Shown here: piece by piece, positions 26,455 to 36,514 of the stretch | How the letters are laid out: each line of letters starts with the position of its first letter | Numbering within the stretch: position 1 is the first letter of the stretch | Virus record (IMG/VR): IMGVR_UViG_3300010396_000013 | Location: 1-54,985 of that record | Direction: 5' to 3' (one strand) | Length of the DNA stretch: 54,985 nt | From: a virus | Taxonomy: Duplodnaviria; Caudoviricetes | Notes under the pieces: generated by a model | Databases searched by the model: none | The model's input: only the letters and a program-made list of their open reading frames with translations | Told to the model about the DNA's origin: nothing | Made by a program: the position numbers and the translations under genes

Positions 26455-27995
26455 TGTCCCGCATCCCGCTGACGCAGGGGGCCTACACGGCGCGCAGTCT
26501 GATCGCCGCATGTCAGCGTTCGGTCAATCTCTACATCGAGCCGAACCCATCTGATAGCCCGGTGCCGTTCACGCACTATCTGACGCCTGGCACAGTGGTT
26601 CAGGGCCATCCCGCCGATGGTGTTGTCAGGTGCCTCTACAGGGCCACCAACGGCAACCTCTACATGGTGGTCAATCAGGCGGTCTATGCGGTGTCAGCGG
26701 CCTATGCGTTCACCCAGATCGGCACGCTGCTCACTGAGGGCTATAACCCGGTGAGCATGGCGGACAATGCCACGGTGATCGTGATCGTGGATGGCTCGCC
26801 GAATGGCTACACCGTAGACATGGCCAGCAACGCCTTTTCTCAGATCGTCAGCACGGCGTTCTATGGGGCGGATAAGGTCGATTATCTCGACACCTATTTC
26901 CTGTTCAACAAGCCGGGAACATCGATCTTCTATTCCTCGGATAGCAACGCTACGACATTCGATCCGCTCTGGTTCGCCGCGAAGGTTGGCTATGCCGATC
27001 CGCTGCAAACCTTGGCTGTCATGCACCGCGAAATCTATCTGATCGGCGCCCTGACCACGGAAGTCTGGTATAACGAAGGCGGTGCGAATTTCCCGTTTGC
27101 GATCATGCAAGGCACCTTCATTGAACATGGATGCGCCGCGAAATATTCGGTGGGCAAGTTCGGCAACTCCCTGTTTTGGCTCTCGCAGGAGCTTGAGGGC
27201 CACAAGGTAGTTGTCAAGCTATCAAACTATCAGTCGATCAAAGTCAGCACGCCGGCCATCGACTACGAGATTGAGCAATACTCCAAGGTTGATGATGCCA
27301 TCGGGTATGTCTACCAAAAGGAGGGGCATCCTTTTTATGTCCTGACCTTCCCGAGTGCGGATAAGACCTGGGTCTACGATATCCTGAACAACATGTGGCA
27401 CGAGTGGGTTTGGTTCGACGATAACGGAGCCGAGCATCGCCACCGCTCCAACTGTTCCGCGTTCGCCTATGGTCAAAATCTTGTCGGGGATTTCGAGAAC
27501 GGGACGCTTTACGCGCTCGATTTTGACACCTATACTGATGCCGGGACCATTGCGCCTATCACGCGCATTCGGTCCTTCCCGCACATGATGAACGATGGTA
27601 AGCGCGTCCGCTATACGCAGTTCATCGCGGATATGCAGGTTGGCACCGTCACTGGTGTTGGGGAGCAATCATTCAGTTATATCGTTGCCAGCGACCCGGA
27701 CCCTTCGGTTTTGGTGCTGAGCGATGGCGGCCCGGGCTTCTACATCGGCGCGGACCAGGCGCTACAGGCATCCTCGGTTGCGCCGGCTGTGTCGCTGCGA
27801 TGGTCCGATACGCGGGGGGCCTCATGGGGCAATCCGCTGACATCCACGCTCGGCGCGACGGGTGAGTACCTGACATCGATCCAGTTCCAGCGGCTCGGCA
27901 TGGCGCGCGATCGCGTCTTTGAACTTTCATGGGCGGCAGACTGCATGACGGCGCTGAATGGTGCCTTTGTGCAGATGCAGCCGGCGAGCACGTAA
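26454..27995 (+). CDS. Packaged-DNA stabilisation protein (P22 gp10-like)
   Basis: IEHGCAAKYSV, YQKEGHPFYVLTFP, LRWSD.G.SW and RLGMARDRVFE motifs. Confidence 0.85.
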   Translation: MSRIPLTQGAYTARSLIAACQRSVNLYIEPNPSDSPVPFTHYLTPGTVVQGHPADGVVRCLYRATNGNLYMVVNQAVYAVSAAYAFTQIGTLLTEGYNPVSMADNATVIVIVDGSPNGYTVDMASNAFSQIVSTAFYGADKVDYLDTYFLFNKPGTSIFYSSDSNATTFDPLWFAAKVGYADPLQTLAVMHREIYLIGALTTEVWYNEGGANFPFAIMQGTFIEHGCAAKYSVGKFGNSLFWLSQELEGHKVVVKLSNYQSIKVSTPAIDYEIEQYSKVDDAIGYVYQKEGHPFYVLTFPSADKTWVYDILNNMWHEWVWFDDNGAEHRHRSNCSAFAYGQNLVGDFENGTLYALDFDTYTDAGTIAPITRIRSFPHMMNDGKRVRYTQFIADMQVGTVTGVGEQSFSYIVASDPDPSVLVLSDGGPGFYIGADQALQASSVAPAVSLRWSDTRGASWGNPLTSTLGATGEYLTSIQFQRLGMARDRVFELSWAADCMTALNGAFVQMQPAST

Positions 27996-27996
27996 A

Positions 27997-28401
27997 ATGT
28001 CCGATTCCGCATCCAATCAAGGCACATCCCAAGGCTTCCCGAACAACATCTTCGCCTTCGTCAACCCAGATACTGGCCAGCTAACGCCCATGGCCTATCG
28101 TTTTCTTTTGGCGATCTGGACACGGACCGGCGCGGGTGGCGGCTCCAACGCCAACGTCACCAGCGGGCTGCTGACGATGACGGACGTTGAAGATGCGCCG
28201 ACGATGAATGCCGGCGCGATGCTTCTCATGGATGATGTTACGCCGGATTCAATTCCGCAATCGCTCCTGCTGATGGCCGAAAGCGCCGATACCGTGGCAC
28301 CCGCACCGAACCCTGTCATGGCTGCCGAAATGGCGACCATGCAGGACGCGCCGACGAACTATCCTGGCCTGTGGGCCATGGTGATTACCGACGAATCCTG
28401 A
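27997..28401 (+). CDS. Hypothetical tail-region protein (gp26 position)
   Basis: FVNPDTGQLTPMAYRFL N-terminus; gene position. Confidence 0.55.
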   Translation: MSDSASNQGTSQGFPNNIFAFVNPDTGQLTPMAYRFLLAIWTRTGAGGGSNANVTSGLLTMTDVEDAPTMNAGAMLLMDDVTPDSIPQSLLLMAESADTVAPAPNPVMAAEMATMQDAPTNYPGLWAMVITDES

Positions 28402-28423
28402 CCCTCCGAAAAGGAAAACCACC

Positions 28424-29074
28424 ATGGCCACAGAATCGATTGTCGTCACCGGCCCGACGTTTCAGCAGAAGAAACTCGGTTCGCTCGCTCTGGTGCCGAC
28501 TGGCGCGGTGACGCAGCAGAGCCTTGCGGATATGCTCTCGCCAATCGCTGGAGGTACCACGCCGCTGACGGTCCGGGCCGGCAGCGCCGCATCGGGCCGC
28601 TCCCGGTATTCGACTGTGCCCGTCGGTTCCGTGGCCTATGCGTCCATGGGCACCGATACCACCCTTGTCGCGGGCACCATCTATTGGGCTGAGGTCGCCA
28701 TCCCGCGCAATATCACCCTCACCGGCATCGCGGTCCTGAATGGCGGCACCGTGGGGACCAACAAGGGCATTGTCGGGCTTTACAACAGTGCCGGCACCCT
28801 CGTTGCCAACTCCGCGCTGGTCGGCGCGATTGCTGCGGGCGCGAACGCCTTTCAGGCTTATGCGTTTACCGCAACCTACGCTGCCGTTGGCCCTGCGCGC
28901 TACTGGGTAGCCTATCAGGCCGATGGCGCGACTGCGACGCTGCGAACCATCGCGGCCAGCACGTTCATTGATTCGCTGACCAAGAGTGCGACCGGCGCAT
29001 TCGGCACCCTCACCGCGCTGACCGTTCCGACCACGATCACGGCGGATGTCGGTCCCATCGCCTACGTCTATTGA
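28424..29074 (+). CDS. Hypothetical structural protein
   Basis: AAGGA RBS; beta-rich composition. Confidence 0.65.
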   Translation: MATESIVVTGPTFQQKKLGSLALVPTGAVTQQSLADMLSPIAGGTTPLTVRAGSAASGRSRYSTVPVGSVAYASMGTDTTLVAGTIYWAEVAIPRNITLTGIAVLNGGTVGTNKGIVGLYNSAGTLVANSALVGAIAAGANAFQAYAFTATYAAVGPARYWVAYQADGATATLRTIAASTFIDSLTKSATGAFGTLTALTVPTTITADVGPIAYVY

Positions 29075-29085
29075 GGGCTTGAACG

Positions 29086-29433
29086 ATGGCCGCGAACAAC
29101 ATCATCCCGGCGGTTCTGCAACCCGGCGTCCAGCTTACGATGTCGGCTGTGGCGATTGTGACTTGTCCGGTGAACGCTCAGGTAATCATCAAGCGCGCGG
29201 TGTTCACCAATGTCACATCTGGGGCGATCACGATCACGATCTATCGGGTGCAGTCTGGTGGCACGCCGGGGGCCACGAACACGATCACCTCGGCCTATTC
29301 CGTGGCGGCTGGGACGGCCTATGTCGCCCCGGAATTTGCCAACATGGTCCTGAATGCCGGAGACACGATCCAGGCTTTGGCGAGTGCCACGGCTTCGATC
29401 AATGCCTTCGCCTCGGGGCTGCTGACCTCGTGA
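29086..29433 (+). CDS. Hypothetical structural protein
   Basis: VLNAGDTIQALAS motif common in P22-like tail regions. Confidence 0.65.
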   Translation: MAANNIIPAVLQPGVQLTMSAVAIVTCPVNAQVIIKRAVFTNVTSGAITITIYRVQSGGTPGATNTITSAYSVAAGTAYVAPEFANMVLNAGDTIQALASATASINAFASGLLTS

Positions 29434-29894
29434 CCTATCGCATCGGCCCCGCGACGCATCGTGAAGCGGTGGCAATCATGCCGTTGCTGCGCGCTGAGTC
29501 GCGGGCCGAACTCGGCGCGCTCGGCGATGACGACATGGAAGCGGCCCTCGTGCGGCTGGTCTGCGGCTGCCCCTACACGTTCTGCGGTGCTGATGATGAT
29601 GGCCCCCTGTTCATCGGGGGCGCTGTGCCGGATGGCACGCCGGGCACCGCGATCGTGTGGATGCTGATGTCAACGCGGATCACGGATCATCAACTGTTTT
29701 GCCTCCGTGAAATGCGCAAGCAGGCCGCTGCGATGTCGGAGAAATGGCCGGTGCTGCGGAACTATACCAACATCGGTCATGACCGCACGACGGATTGGTT
29801 GACATGGCTTGGGTTCAAGGTTGGCGACCCGATGGTGCATCCCCAGACCGGCAACGTCGTGCTGCCGTTTGAGAGGCGCGTAGAGCATGTGTGA
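29430..29894 (+). CDS. GNAT-like / T7 gp13-like (DUF2833) protein
   Basis: LRAESRAEL, VWML and LRNY...WLTWLGF; upstream of the ejection proteins. Confidence 0.65.
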   Translation: MTYRIGPATHREAVAIMPLLRAESRAELGALGDDDMEAALVRLVCGCPYTFCGADDDGPLFIGGAVPDGTPGTAIVWMLMSTRITDHQLFCLREMRKQAAAMSEKWPVLRNYTNIGHDRTTDWLTWLGFKVGDPMVHPQTGNVVLPFERRVEHV

Positions 29895-30621
29895 TCTATC
29901 CACGGCGATCATTGGTGCCGGCGCTCTCGGTTCTATCGCGTCCGGGTTGATCGGCTCCAGCGCGGCTACCAGCGCGGCCAAGACGCAGGCGGCTGCGGCG
30001 ACGAACGCCGCCAACATGGCGCAGGCGCAGTATGGCCAGACCCGCGCCGATCTGCTGCCTTACAATCAGGCTGGACAGTATGCGACCAATCAGCTTGTGG
30101 GTGCACTGCCGGGTCTGACGGCTCCGTTCAATATGACGGAGGCCAATCTTGAGGCGACGCCGGGGTATCAGTTCCAGTTGGATCAGGGCCTCAAGGCGAC
30201 ACAATCGGCCGCAGCCGCCAAAGGCCAAGGCATCAGCGGCGCGGCTCTCAAGGGCGCTGCGCAATACGCGACCGGGTTGGCGGACTCCAACTATCAGAAC
30301 CAGTTCAATAATTACCAGACCACGCAGAACAACGCCTATAACAAGCTGTTGGGTATCGGTCAGTTGGGCGAGAATGCCGGGGCGCAGACCGGCAACCTCG
30401 GACAGCAGGCGACGAACACGGCGACGAATGCGCTAACCGGCGGCGCTGCTGCATCGGCGGCCGGCACTGTGGGGGCTGCGAACGCGCTCTCCAATTCCAT
30501 CAATGGCGTCGGGACCGCCGGGTTGAACTACCTGCTGTTGCCGTCTCTGCTCAGCCGGTTGAATGGTGGCGGCACGACGGGGGCATCCACGCAAAACGCC
30601 ACGAACGGGCAGGTGTTCTAA
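29887..30621 (+). CDS. DNA ejection protein (P22 gp7-like)
   Basis: PGYQFQLDQG...SAAAKG...SGAALK motif. Confidence 0.8.
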   Translation: MCDLSTAIIGAGALGSIASGLIGSSAATSAAKTQAAAATNAANMAQAQYGQTRADLLPYNQAGQYATNQLVGALPGLTAPFNMTEANLEATPGYQFQLDQGLKATQSAAAAKGQGISGAALKGAAQYATGLADSNYQNQFNNYQTTQNNAYNKLLGIGQLGENAGAQTGNLGQQATNTATNALTGGAAASAAGTVGAANALSNSINGVGTAGLNYLLLPSLLSRLNGGGTTGASTQNATNGQVF

Positions 30622-30622
30622 A

Positions 30623-32119
30623 ATGGCACTCGATCCCGGCATTTCGCTCCAAGTCGGCCAGGGCGTCACGCCGCCGCCGAACCCGCTTGCGATGGTCGGC
30701 CAGTTCGCTTCGACCGCGAACGCGCTGGATCAGAATCGGCTTATCAACCAATACACCGCGAACGCGCAGCAGCAGAATGTGGGCATGCGGCAGGATCAGG
30801 GGCAAAAGTCTCTGCTCGGCACAAACCAGATTCTCGCCGGACTGCTGAACAACCCGGACTTGAAAGCCGGCAAGCCGATCACGGATCAGATTATTGGTTC
30901 GGTACTGCAAGCCGGCCAGATGGGGTTTCTGCCTCCTGACGCTGTCAAGGCGGCGCTCTCCAACGTGCCCGGCGATGCGGCTGGACAGCAGGCATGGCTC
31001 CAAGGCCATTACGATCAGTCTGAGGCGCTCCTGGGCCGCGCTGGACCGAACACGTTTGGCACGACCGGCACCGTCAGCAATGGCCGCGCCGTGCAGCCTG
31101 TGGTGGTTGCGCCGGCTCGGCTAGGTGGCGGCCTCACTCCTGCGGGCGGTCCGATTACGCAGTATATGTCGCCGGCCGACCTCGCGACGCGCACCCCGGT
31201 TGGGTACGATACCAACGGCAACCCGCAATACGGCCCGCTGGGCAATGTCACGCCGGGCGCGCTGTCTGGCGGCGCTGTGGCCCCCGCACCCCTCACCGGT
31301 GCATCTGGCGCCGTTGGCGACGGTCGCTACCCCGGCGTTCCTCAGTCGTTGCGCAACCCGAATGCCAATCTCCCGTTGCCGCCTCAAGTGCCTCCTGGTG
31401 CGCCGGCTGCCGGCGGTCCCGTTCCGACTGTCGGCGGTCCCGCGCCAGACCCAACCATCGTTACCGCTCCGGGCGCGGCTCGCACTGCGCAGCTCACGAC
31501 GCAGGGCACCCAAAGCGCCGGGGCGTTTCAGCAGATTGCCGACCAAGGCGTGCAGGCTCGGGGACAGAATGCCATCCTCGGCACCATGCTTGCCGATGCA
31601 AGCCAGTTCGCGCCTGGCCCAGGTCAGGACAAGGTCAAGGCATTCAAATCCGCGATGGTGTCGTGGGCACCGGGCATCGCCAAGGCGTTCGGCGTCGATC
31701 CCGCATCCGTGGCGGCCAACGAGTCCTTCGACAAAGTCGCGGCGCAAATCCAGAATGCGCAGGGCGCTGGCAGCGATGCCCGCCTCGCCGTGATCCAGCA
31801 TGCCAACCCGTCGTCTTCGCTGACGCCGGCCGGCATCGACCTGATCGTGCGCGGCCTACAGGGCAACGCCGATTATCTGCAAGCCCGCGCAAAACTGGCG
31901 GCGTCGTACCCGGATCAGACGAATCGCGCCGGGTTCGAGTCCAGCATCGGCACCAACCTTGATCCACGCGCCTTCCAACTGTTCCGCATGACGCCAGACC
32001 AGCGGGCCACGTATTTCAACAGCGTGGGCAGCGAGGCGGACAAGACGGCGCTGAAACAAGCCTACATCTACGCCCAGACCCATGGCCTGTTCCCCGGTGC
32101 CGGAAATGCCGGCCCCTGA
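30623..32119 (+). CDS. DNA ejection protein (gp20 position)
   Basis: MALDPGISL start; Gln/Ala/Pro-rich; gene position. Confidence 0.65.
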   Translation: MALDPGISLQVGQGVTPPPNPLAMVGQFASTANALDQNRLINQYTANAQQQNVGMRQDQGQKSLLGTNQILAGLLNNPDLKAGKPITDQIIGSVLQAGQMGFLPPDAVKAALSNVPGDAAGQQAWLQGHYDQSEALLGRAGPNTFGTTGTVSNGRAVQPVVVAPARLGGGLTPAGGPITQYMSPADLATRTPVGYDTNGNPQYGPLGNVTPGALSGGAVAPAPLTGASGAVGDGRYPGVPQSLRNPNANLPLPPQVPPGAPAAGGPVPTVGGPAPDPTIVTAPGAARTAQLTTQGTQSAGAFQQIADQGVQARGQNAILGTMLADASQFAPGPGQDKVKAFKSAMVSWAPGIAKAFGVDPASVAANESFDKVAAQIQNAQGAGSDARLAVIQHANPSSSLTPAGIDLIVRGLQGNADYLQARAKLAASYPDQTNRAGFESSIGTNLDPRAFQLFRMTPDQRATYFNSVGSEADKTALKQAYIYAQTHGLFPGAGNAGP

Positions 32120-34616
32120 TTACAGCCAAGCCTTTGACGATGCCGGGCGCGAATGGAACGTCGATCCTCGCCTGCTCCGGTCCGTCATGGGGCAGGAAAG
32201 CGGCGGCAACGCTGGTGCTGTAAGCCCAAAAGGTGCGTCAGGCTTGATGCAGGTGATGCCGCCGACTGGCGTTGATCTTGGCGTCACGAACCTGAAAGAC
32301 CCATATCAGTCCATCTTTGCCGGGGCGAAATACCTCAGCCAGCAGTTGGACAAATACAAAGACCCCGCTCTTGCGCTCGCCGCCTACAATGCCGGCCCTG
32401 GGCGCACTGACGACTATCTGAATAAGCGCATTCCTCTGCCGGCGGAAACGCTCGGTTACGTGCCGTCTGTCATCGCCAGATACGCGCAGACTAAAGCGCA
32501 ACCAGCCGCAGGAGTGCCCGCAGTGCCGCAGACAGCAACCAACCCGGCATCTGCGGTGCCCTCGGATACTGACTTTTTGAAGATGATCGGGGCCGCGCCG
32601 GCCGCGCCTCCGGCCGCTGCACCGACGGTCAACAACGCCGGCGAGGTCGTCTCGCCGCCGGCCACGATGGTTATCAAAGCGTCGCCGGCCGCCGGTGGGT
32701 TGCCGTCCGATGCTGATTTCCTGAAAATGATCGGCGCTTCTGCCGCCCCCGCTCCGGCTGCCGCCCCTGCGCAGCAGCTTATTCCGGACCCGAACACCGG
32801 GGGGTTAACCGCCATTCCGGCCGCCGCGCCGGCAGCGCCGACGCCACCGTCTCGCGTCGATCTTCCCGCATGGGCCGGCGGTCAAGGCACCGTCACGGCC
32901 GAACCGACGCCCCAACAGCCGGGCGTCTTGCAGCACATCGGGCAGGCCATCGCGTCTCCGTTCGTGGATGGCGGTCCGCTCGGCCCGGACACTTCCACCG
33001 GAACGCTGTTCAACGGCCCCTGGGGTCATACGAACAGGTTGATGATTGCGCAGCCTCTGGCGCTCGCTGATGCCATCGGACGCGGTGGGCTTGGGGCATG
33101 GCGCGGCCTGGTGGCGGCGGGCTCAGAGGGGCTACAGGGCCTCGGCGCATCGCCCACCAGCGCGGCGAATTTTGAACGCGACCTCGGCGGTATCGCTCCG
33201 AATGCTCTAGCGCCCCTGACGATGGGTGCCGATGCGGCATTAATAGCTGGCGTGAAAAACGCCGGAGCGCCAGATGTTGCGGCTAACCGTCTCGCAGCAC
33301 AGACCGATATTGCGAACCGCTTGCAACAGAACATCGCCAACGATGTCCGGGGTCCAGCGCGCGGGGCGTGGCTGCTCGATAAGATCAAGACCGCGATCAA
33401 TGACGCCGATATGCCTGCGCCTGATGCGAACGTGCCTACAGGTGGCGTTGCGCCCGGAATGGGTGCGCCGCGTTCCGCTGGCGCGGCTGCGACGCCGACC
33501 GATGCGGCGATAATGTCGCCGGCCGAGGCGCGGGCGCAGCAGTCTACCGCCGAGATGCAAAAGCTCATTGAACCGCAACCCGCCGGCCCCGATACCAACC
33601 GCTATGTGCCCGGCGTGCGACCCACCGAAGCCCAGATGGTCCAGAACGCACGGACCTCGCGCAATGAGAAGCTGACCGCGTCCGAGATGCCGCAAGGCTT
33701 CGCTGATCTGGCCCGTGACAACAACGATGCTCGGATGAACTTTTTGCAGGATATTGCGGGCACGCCGACGCTGCAAAAGCGCCTAATGGATGATCGTAGT
33801 GCGCAGGCTGAACAGGACTTGGCATCGACTTGGCAGAACAAACAGCCGGCGGACCTCACTCCGGTGGCGGATATGGCGGCCAATATCCTGAATTCGCCAG
33901 ACGGTCGCCGGCCGCTGGTGCGCACGGCCGTTGATGGCGTCATGCGCGAACTCACCGGGCCTGACGGCAAGCCTCTGACCGATCCGGAAATGCTTTATGG
34001 CGTCCGGAAGCATATCGATGATCTGATCCAGGGCGCGAATGATAGCGCCGCCGGAACGCGCGCGGTCGCCCAGCTACAGCAACTGAAAGACACGCTTGAC
34101 GGCACGATTGAACAAGCCGCGCCGGGATTCCGCCAGTATCTCTCGAACTTCGCCGCCGCATCGAAGCCGATCGATGAAATGAGCGTCTTGCAGGCGCAGA
34201 TTCCCAAAATCGTTGATAGTCAAAACCGCATCACCTATTCCGGGGTGCAGCGGATGATGAAGAATCTTGTGACCGCACGTGGCGGCCGAGGCATCGATCC
34301 CGCCAAGTCGATCTCTGACGATACGATGAACAATCTATGGGCGTTGCGCGATGACTTGCGCCGCGTGGCATCGTCCGACGATCTGGCCAAAGCCAAAGGC
34401 TCGGACACCTTCCAGAACGCGCTGGACTTCGTGAAGGGCGCGGCCACAAAGGGCGGTATCGGCCTAGCGCATGTAGTCGCAAACGCAAAGGCACCCGGTA
34501 TCGGGTCTGTGGCGGTCAATCTTGTAACAAACAAACTGCGTCAGGCAGCGGTAGCTAAAGCGGCTGATCGCGCCCTGAACCCAAAGATAAACCGTCTCAA
34601 TCCGCCGTCAGACTAG
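32106..34616 (+). CDS. DNA ejection protein with N-terminal lytic transglycosylase (SLT) domain
   Basis: QESGGN..AVSPKGASGLMQVMP, ALAAYNAGPG and ET.GYV motifs. Confidence 0.88.
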   Translation: MPAPDYSQAFDDAGREWNVDPRLLRSVMGQESGGNAGAVSPKGASGLMQVMPPTGVDLGVTNLKDPYQSIFAGAKYLSQQLDKYKDPALALAAYNAGPGRTDDYLNKRIPLPAETLGYVPSVIARYAQTKAQPAAGVPAVPQTATNPASAVPSDTDFLKMIGAAPAAPPAAAPTVNNAGEVVSPPATMVIKASPAAGGLPSDADFLKMIGASAAPAPAAAPAQQLIPDPNTGGLTAIPAAAPAAPTPPSRVDLPAWAGGQGTVTAEPTPQQPGVLQHIGQAIASPFVDGGPLGPDTSTGTLFNGPWGHTNRLMIAQPLALADAIGRGGLGAWRGLVAAGSEGLQGLGASPTSAANFERDLGGIAPNALAPLTMGADAALIAGVKNAGAPDVAANRLAAQTDIANRLQQNIANDVRGPARGAWLLDKIKTAINDADMPAPDANVPTGGVAPGMGAPRSAGAAATPTDAAIMSPAEARAQQSTAEMQKLIEPQPAGPDTNRYVPGVRPTEAQMVQNARTSRNEKLTASEMPQGFADLARDNNDARMNFLQDIAGTPTLQKRLMDDRSAQAEQDLASTWQNKQPADLTPVADMAANILNSPDGRRPLVRTAVDGVMRELTGPDGKPLTDPEMLYGVRKHIDDLIQGANDSAAGTRAVAQLQQLKDTLDGTIEQAAPGFRQYLSNFAAASKPIDEMSVLQAQIPKIVDSQNRITYSGVQRMMKNLVTARGGRGIDPAKSISDDTMNNLWALRDDLRRVASSDDLAKAKGSDTFQNALDFVKGAATKGGIGLAHVVANAKAPGIGSVAVNLVTNKLRQAAVAKAADRALNPKINRLNPPSD

Positions 34617-34892
34617 ATCGCGGCCGGGGCGATCATCGTTGAACGCGATGTCGGGAATGCTGCGCTGGCGCACCCACATCGGAATGCTGGCGATTGCCCA
34701 TGATATCGCCAGCGCGACAGCCAGGAACAAGAGTAACGGTGCCGCATCCGAATTGCGCCCTCCAATCGCTACGACGATGAACGTGAGAAACGCGCCGCAG
34801 GCCAGAAACATGAGAACTCGGCCAAACCAGTGACCGAGCAGCCACACATACAGAACCGCCGCGCCTAGCATTAAGCCGGCCAGAATAACCAT
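34608..34892 (-). CDS. Three-TM membrane protein, moron-like
   Basis: Three hydrophobic segments; opposite strand between the ejection and tailspike genes. Confidence 0.6.
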   Translation of the reverse strand: MVILAGLMLGAAVLYVWLLGHWFGRVLMFLACGAFLTFIVVAIGGRNSDAAPLLLFLAVALAISWAIASIPMWVRQRSIPDIAFNDDRPGRDLV

Positions 34893-34905
34893 CGCACTCT
34901 CCGAG

Positions 34906-34931
34906 GCCCTCCGAAATGGGGGCCTTTTTTT
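34906..34931 (+). terminator. Intrinsic terminator
   Basis: ggccctc-cgaaat-gggggcc-ttttttt. Confidence 0.75.
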
Positions 34932-34948
34932 GTTGTCAAGGAACCACC

Positions 34949-36514
34949 ATGGCATCCATCCTTCCGAATGGAGTTACACAATTCTGTGATGCCAATGGTG
35001 TGCCTTATGCATCGGGGGCGATCTATTTTTATGTCCCGAACACGCTGACGTTCAAGGATACCTATCAGGACATCGGCCAACTCGTTCTGAATCCCAATCC
35101 CGTGGTGCTGGATGCCGCCGGCCGCGCGGTGATCTGGGGCAATGGTGCCTATCGGCAGAGGCTATTCGATAACCTCGGCAACCTGATTTGGGATCAGGAG
35201 ACAACGAGCGTCGTTTCGCAGGCTATGGAAGCCGTGGTAGGCGCTATCACGCTTTCAGCGGCGATGACGGCGCTGGGCATATCGGTCGCGATGCAACCAG
35301 TGGTCGGGGCATCCACTTTGGCGGCGGCGCGGACTGCGCTTGGCGTCTTCGGGCCGAATGGAGGCATCGCTACCGGCAGTCCGTCGATCACAATCAACCC
35401 GATTGCCAATCCGTCGATCCCGACGCTGTCCACGCTTGGCGCGCAGGCTGCTACCGGCAGCAACACGACGCGCGAATTCCTCGGCGTCTTCGGCCTCACG
35501 ATCCAGAACGGCGCTTCTGCGACCGGCGGCAATCAGGACAAGGTCGCGCTCTATGCCGGGGCCAATATGGTGGCCGGCGCTGGTGATGGGTGGGCCATCA
35601 ACAGCGTCACCACGATTGCATCTGATGCGCCGGTCACATGCAACGCGCAGGGTTACGAACTCGATTTCAACAACCTGAATGCGCATCGTGGCGACGCTCT
35701 GGCGGGCGCTGGGCTTGCATCCCCTATCGCCTATGGGTTTTCGGTCACTGGTGCAGGTTCCTTTCGCTCCACGGCTGCGTTCCTTATCAGCGGGCCGGGG
35801 ACGGGCATCTGGAACCGTGGCATTGTTATCGCCAACACCAGCGTCGTGCAGGCCAGCTTCCAAGACCTCAGCAACGCCGCGACCTCGCTGGAAATCTTCG
35901 GCTCTCACACCTATGGCTTCGACGCGCAGGACGCTTCCTTTTCCGGTGGCCCGATCCGCATCGGTAACAGCGCCTTCATGCTCGCCCGCAACGCCGCGAA
36001 CTCTGCCGATTTGCGCCTGATTGGGCTGGACAATGCCAACAACTTGAATCTGGGTGGTTCGGGGTTGGCGGCAACGTTCGTCTACTGCCAATTCCTGCCG
36101 AATACCGATAACAGTTTCACGCTCGGCGGCCCTTCAAATCGATGGTCCGTGGTCTATGCCGGCACTGGCGCGATCAATACCTCTGACGCGACGGAAAAGG
36201 TAATTCGGGGAGCGCCCAATACCGCAGAGTTGGCGGCGTGGGCGACCGTTGAACCTAAGGTGTTCACCTTTATTGACGGCACGCGATCGCACGTCGGCTA
36301 CGTCGCGCAGGAAGTCGCGGCGGCACTCACTGCACAGGGTTTGAAGCCTGCTGATTACGGCTTCTGGTGCAAAGACGACTGGACCGATTCGCAGGGCGCT
36401 CCTCATACCCGCCAGGGCCTCCGCTACGAGGAATGCGCGGTGATGGAAGCGGCACTGACGCGCCAGACGATTGCGGCTTTGACCGCCCGTATCGCCGCCT
36501 TGGAGGCCAAATAA
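34949..36514 (+). CDS. Tailspike/tail fibre with head-binding N-terminus and C-terminal intramolecular chaperone (Peptidase S74)
   Basis: QF.D.NG.P...NPNPVVLDAAGRA N-terminus; TSD..EK...HVG.VAQEV...GLRYEE C-terminus. Confidence 0.85.
   Translation: MASILPNGVTQFCDANGVPYASGAIYFYVPNTLTFKDTYQDIGQLVLNPNPVVLDAAGRAVIWGNGAYRQRLFDNLGNLIWDQETTSVVSQAMEAVVGAITLSAAMTALGISVAMQPVVGASTLAAARTALGVFGPNGGIATGSPSITINPIANPSIPTLSTLGAQAATGSNTTREFLGVFGLTIQNGASATGGNQDKVALYAGANMVAGAGDGWAINSVTTIASDAPVTCNAQGYELDFNNLNAHRGDALAGAGLASPIAYGFSVTGAGSFRSTAAFLISGPGTGIWNRGIVIANTSVVQASFQDLSNAATSLEIFGSHTYGFDAQDASFSGGPIRIGNSAFMLARNAANSADLRLIGLDNANNLNLGGSGLAATFVYCQFLPNTDNSFTLGGPSNRWSVVYAGTGAINTSDATEKVIRGAPNTAELAAWATVEPKVFTFIDGTRSHVGYVAQEVAAALTAQGLKPADYGFWCKDDWTDSQGAPHTRQGLRYEECAVMEAALTRQTIAALTARIAALEAK

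Noticed and set aside
24043-26511. 822-aa minus-strand ORF
   Set aside because: Antisense to the coat and adaptor genes; Arg/His-rich shadow composition and no motifs
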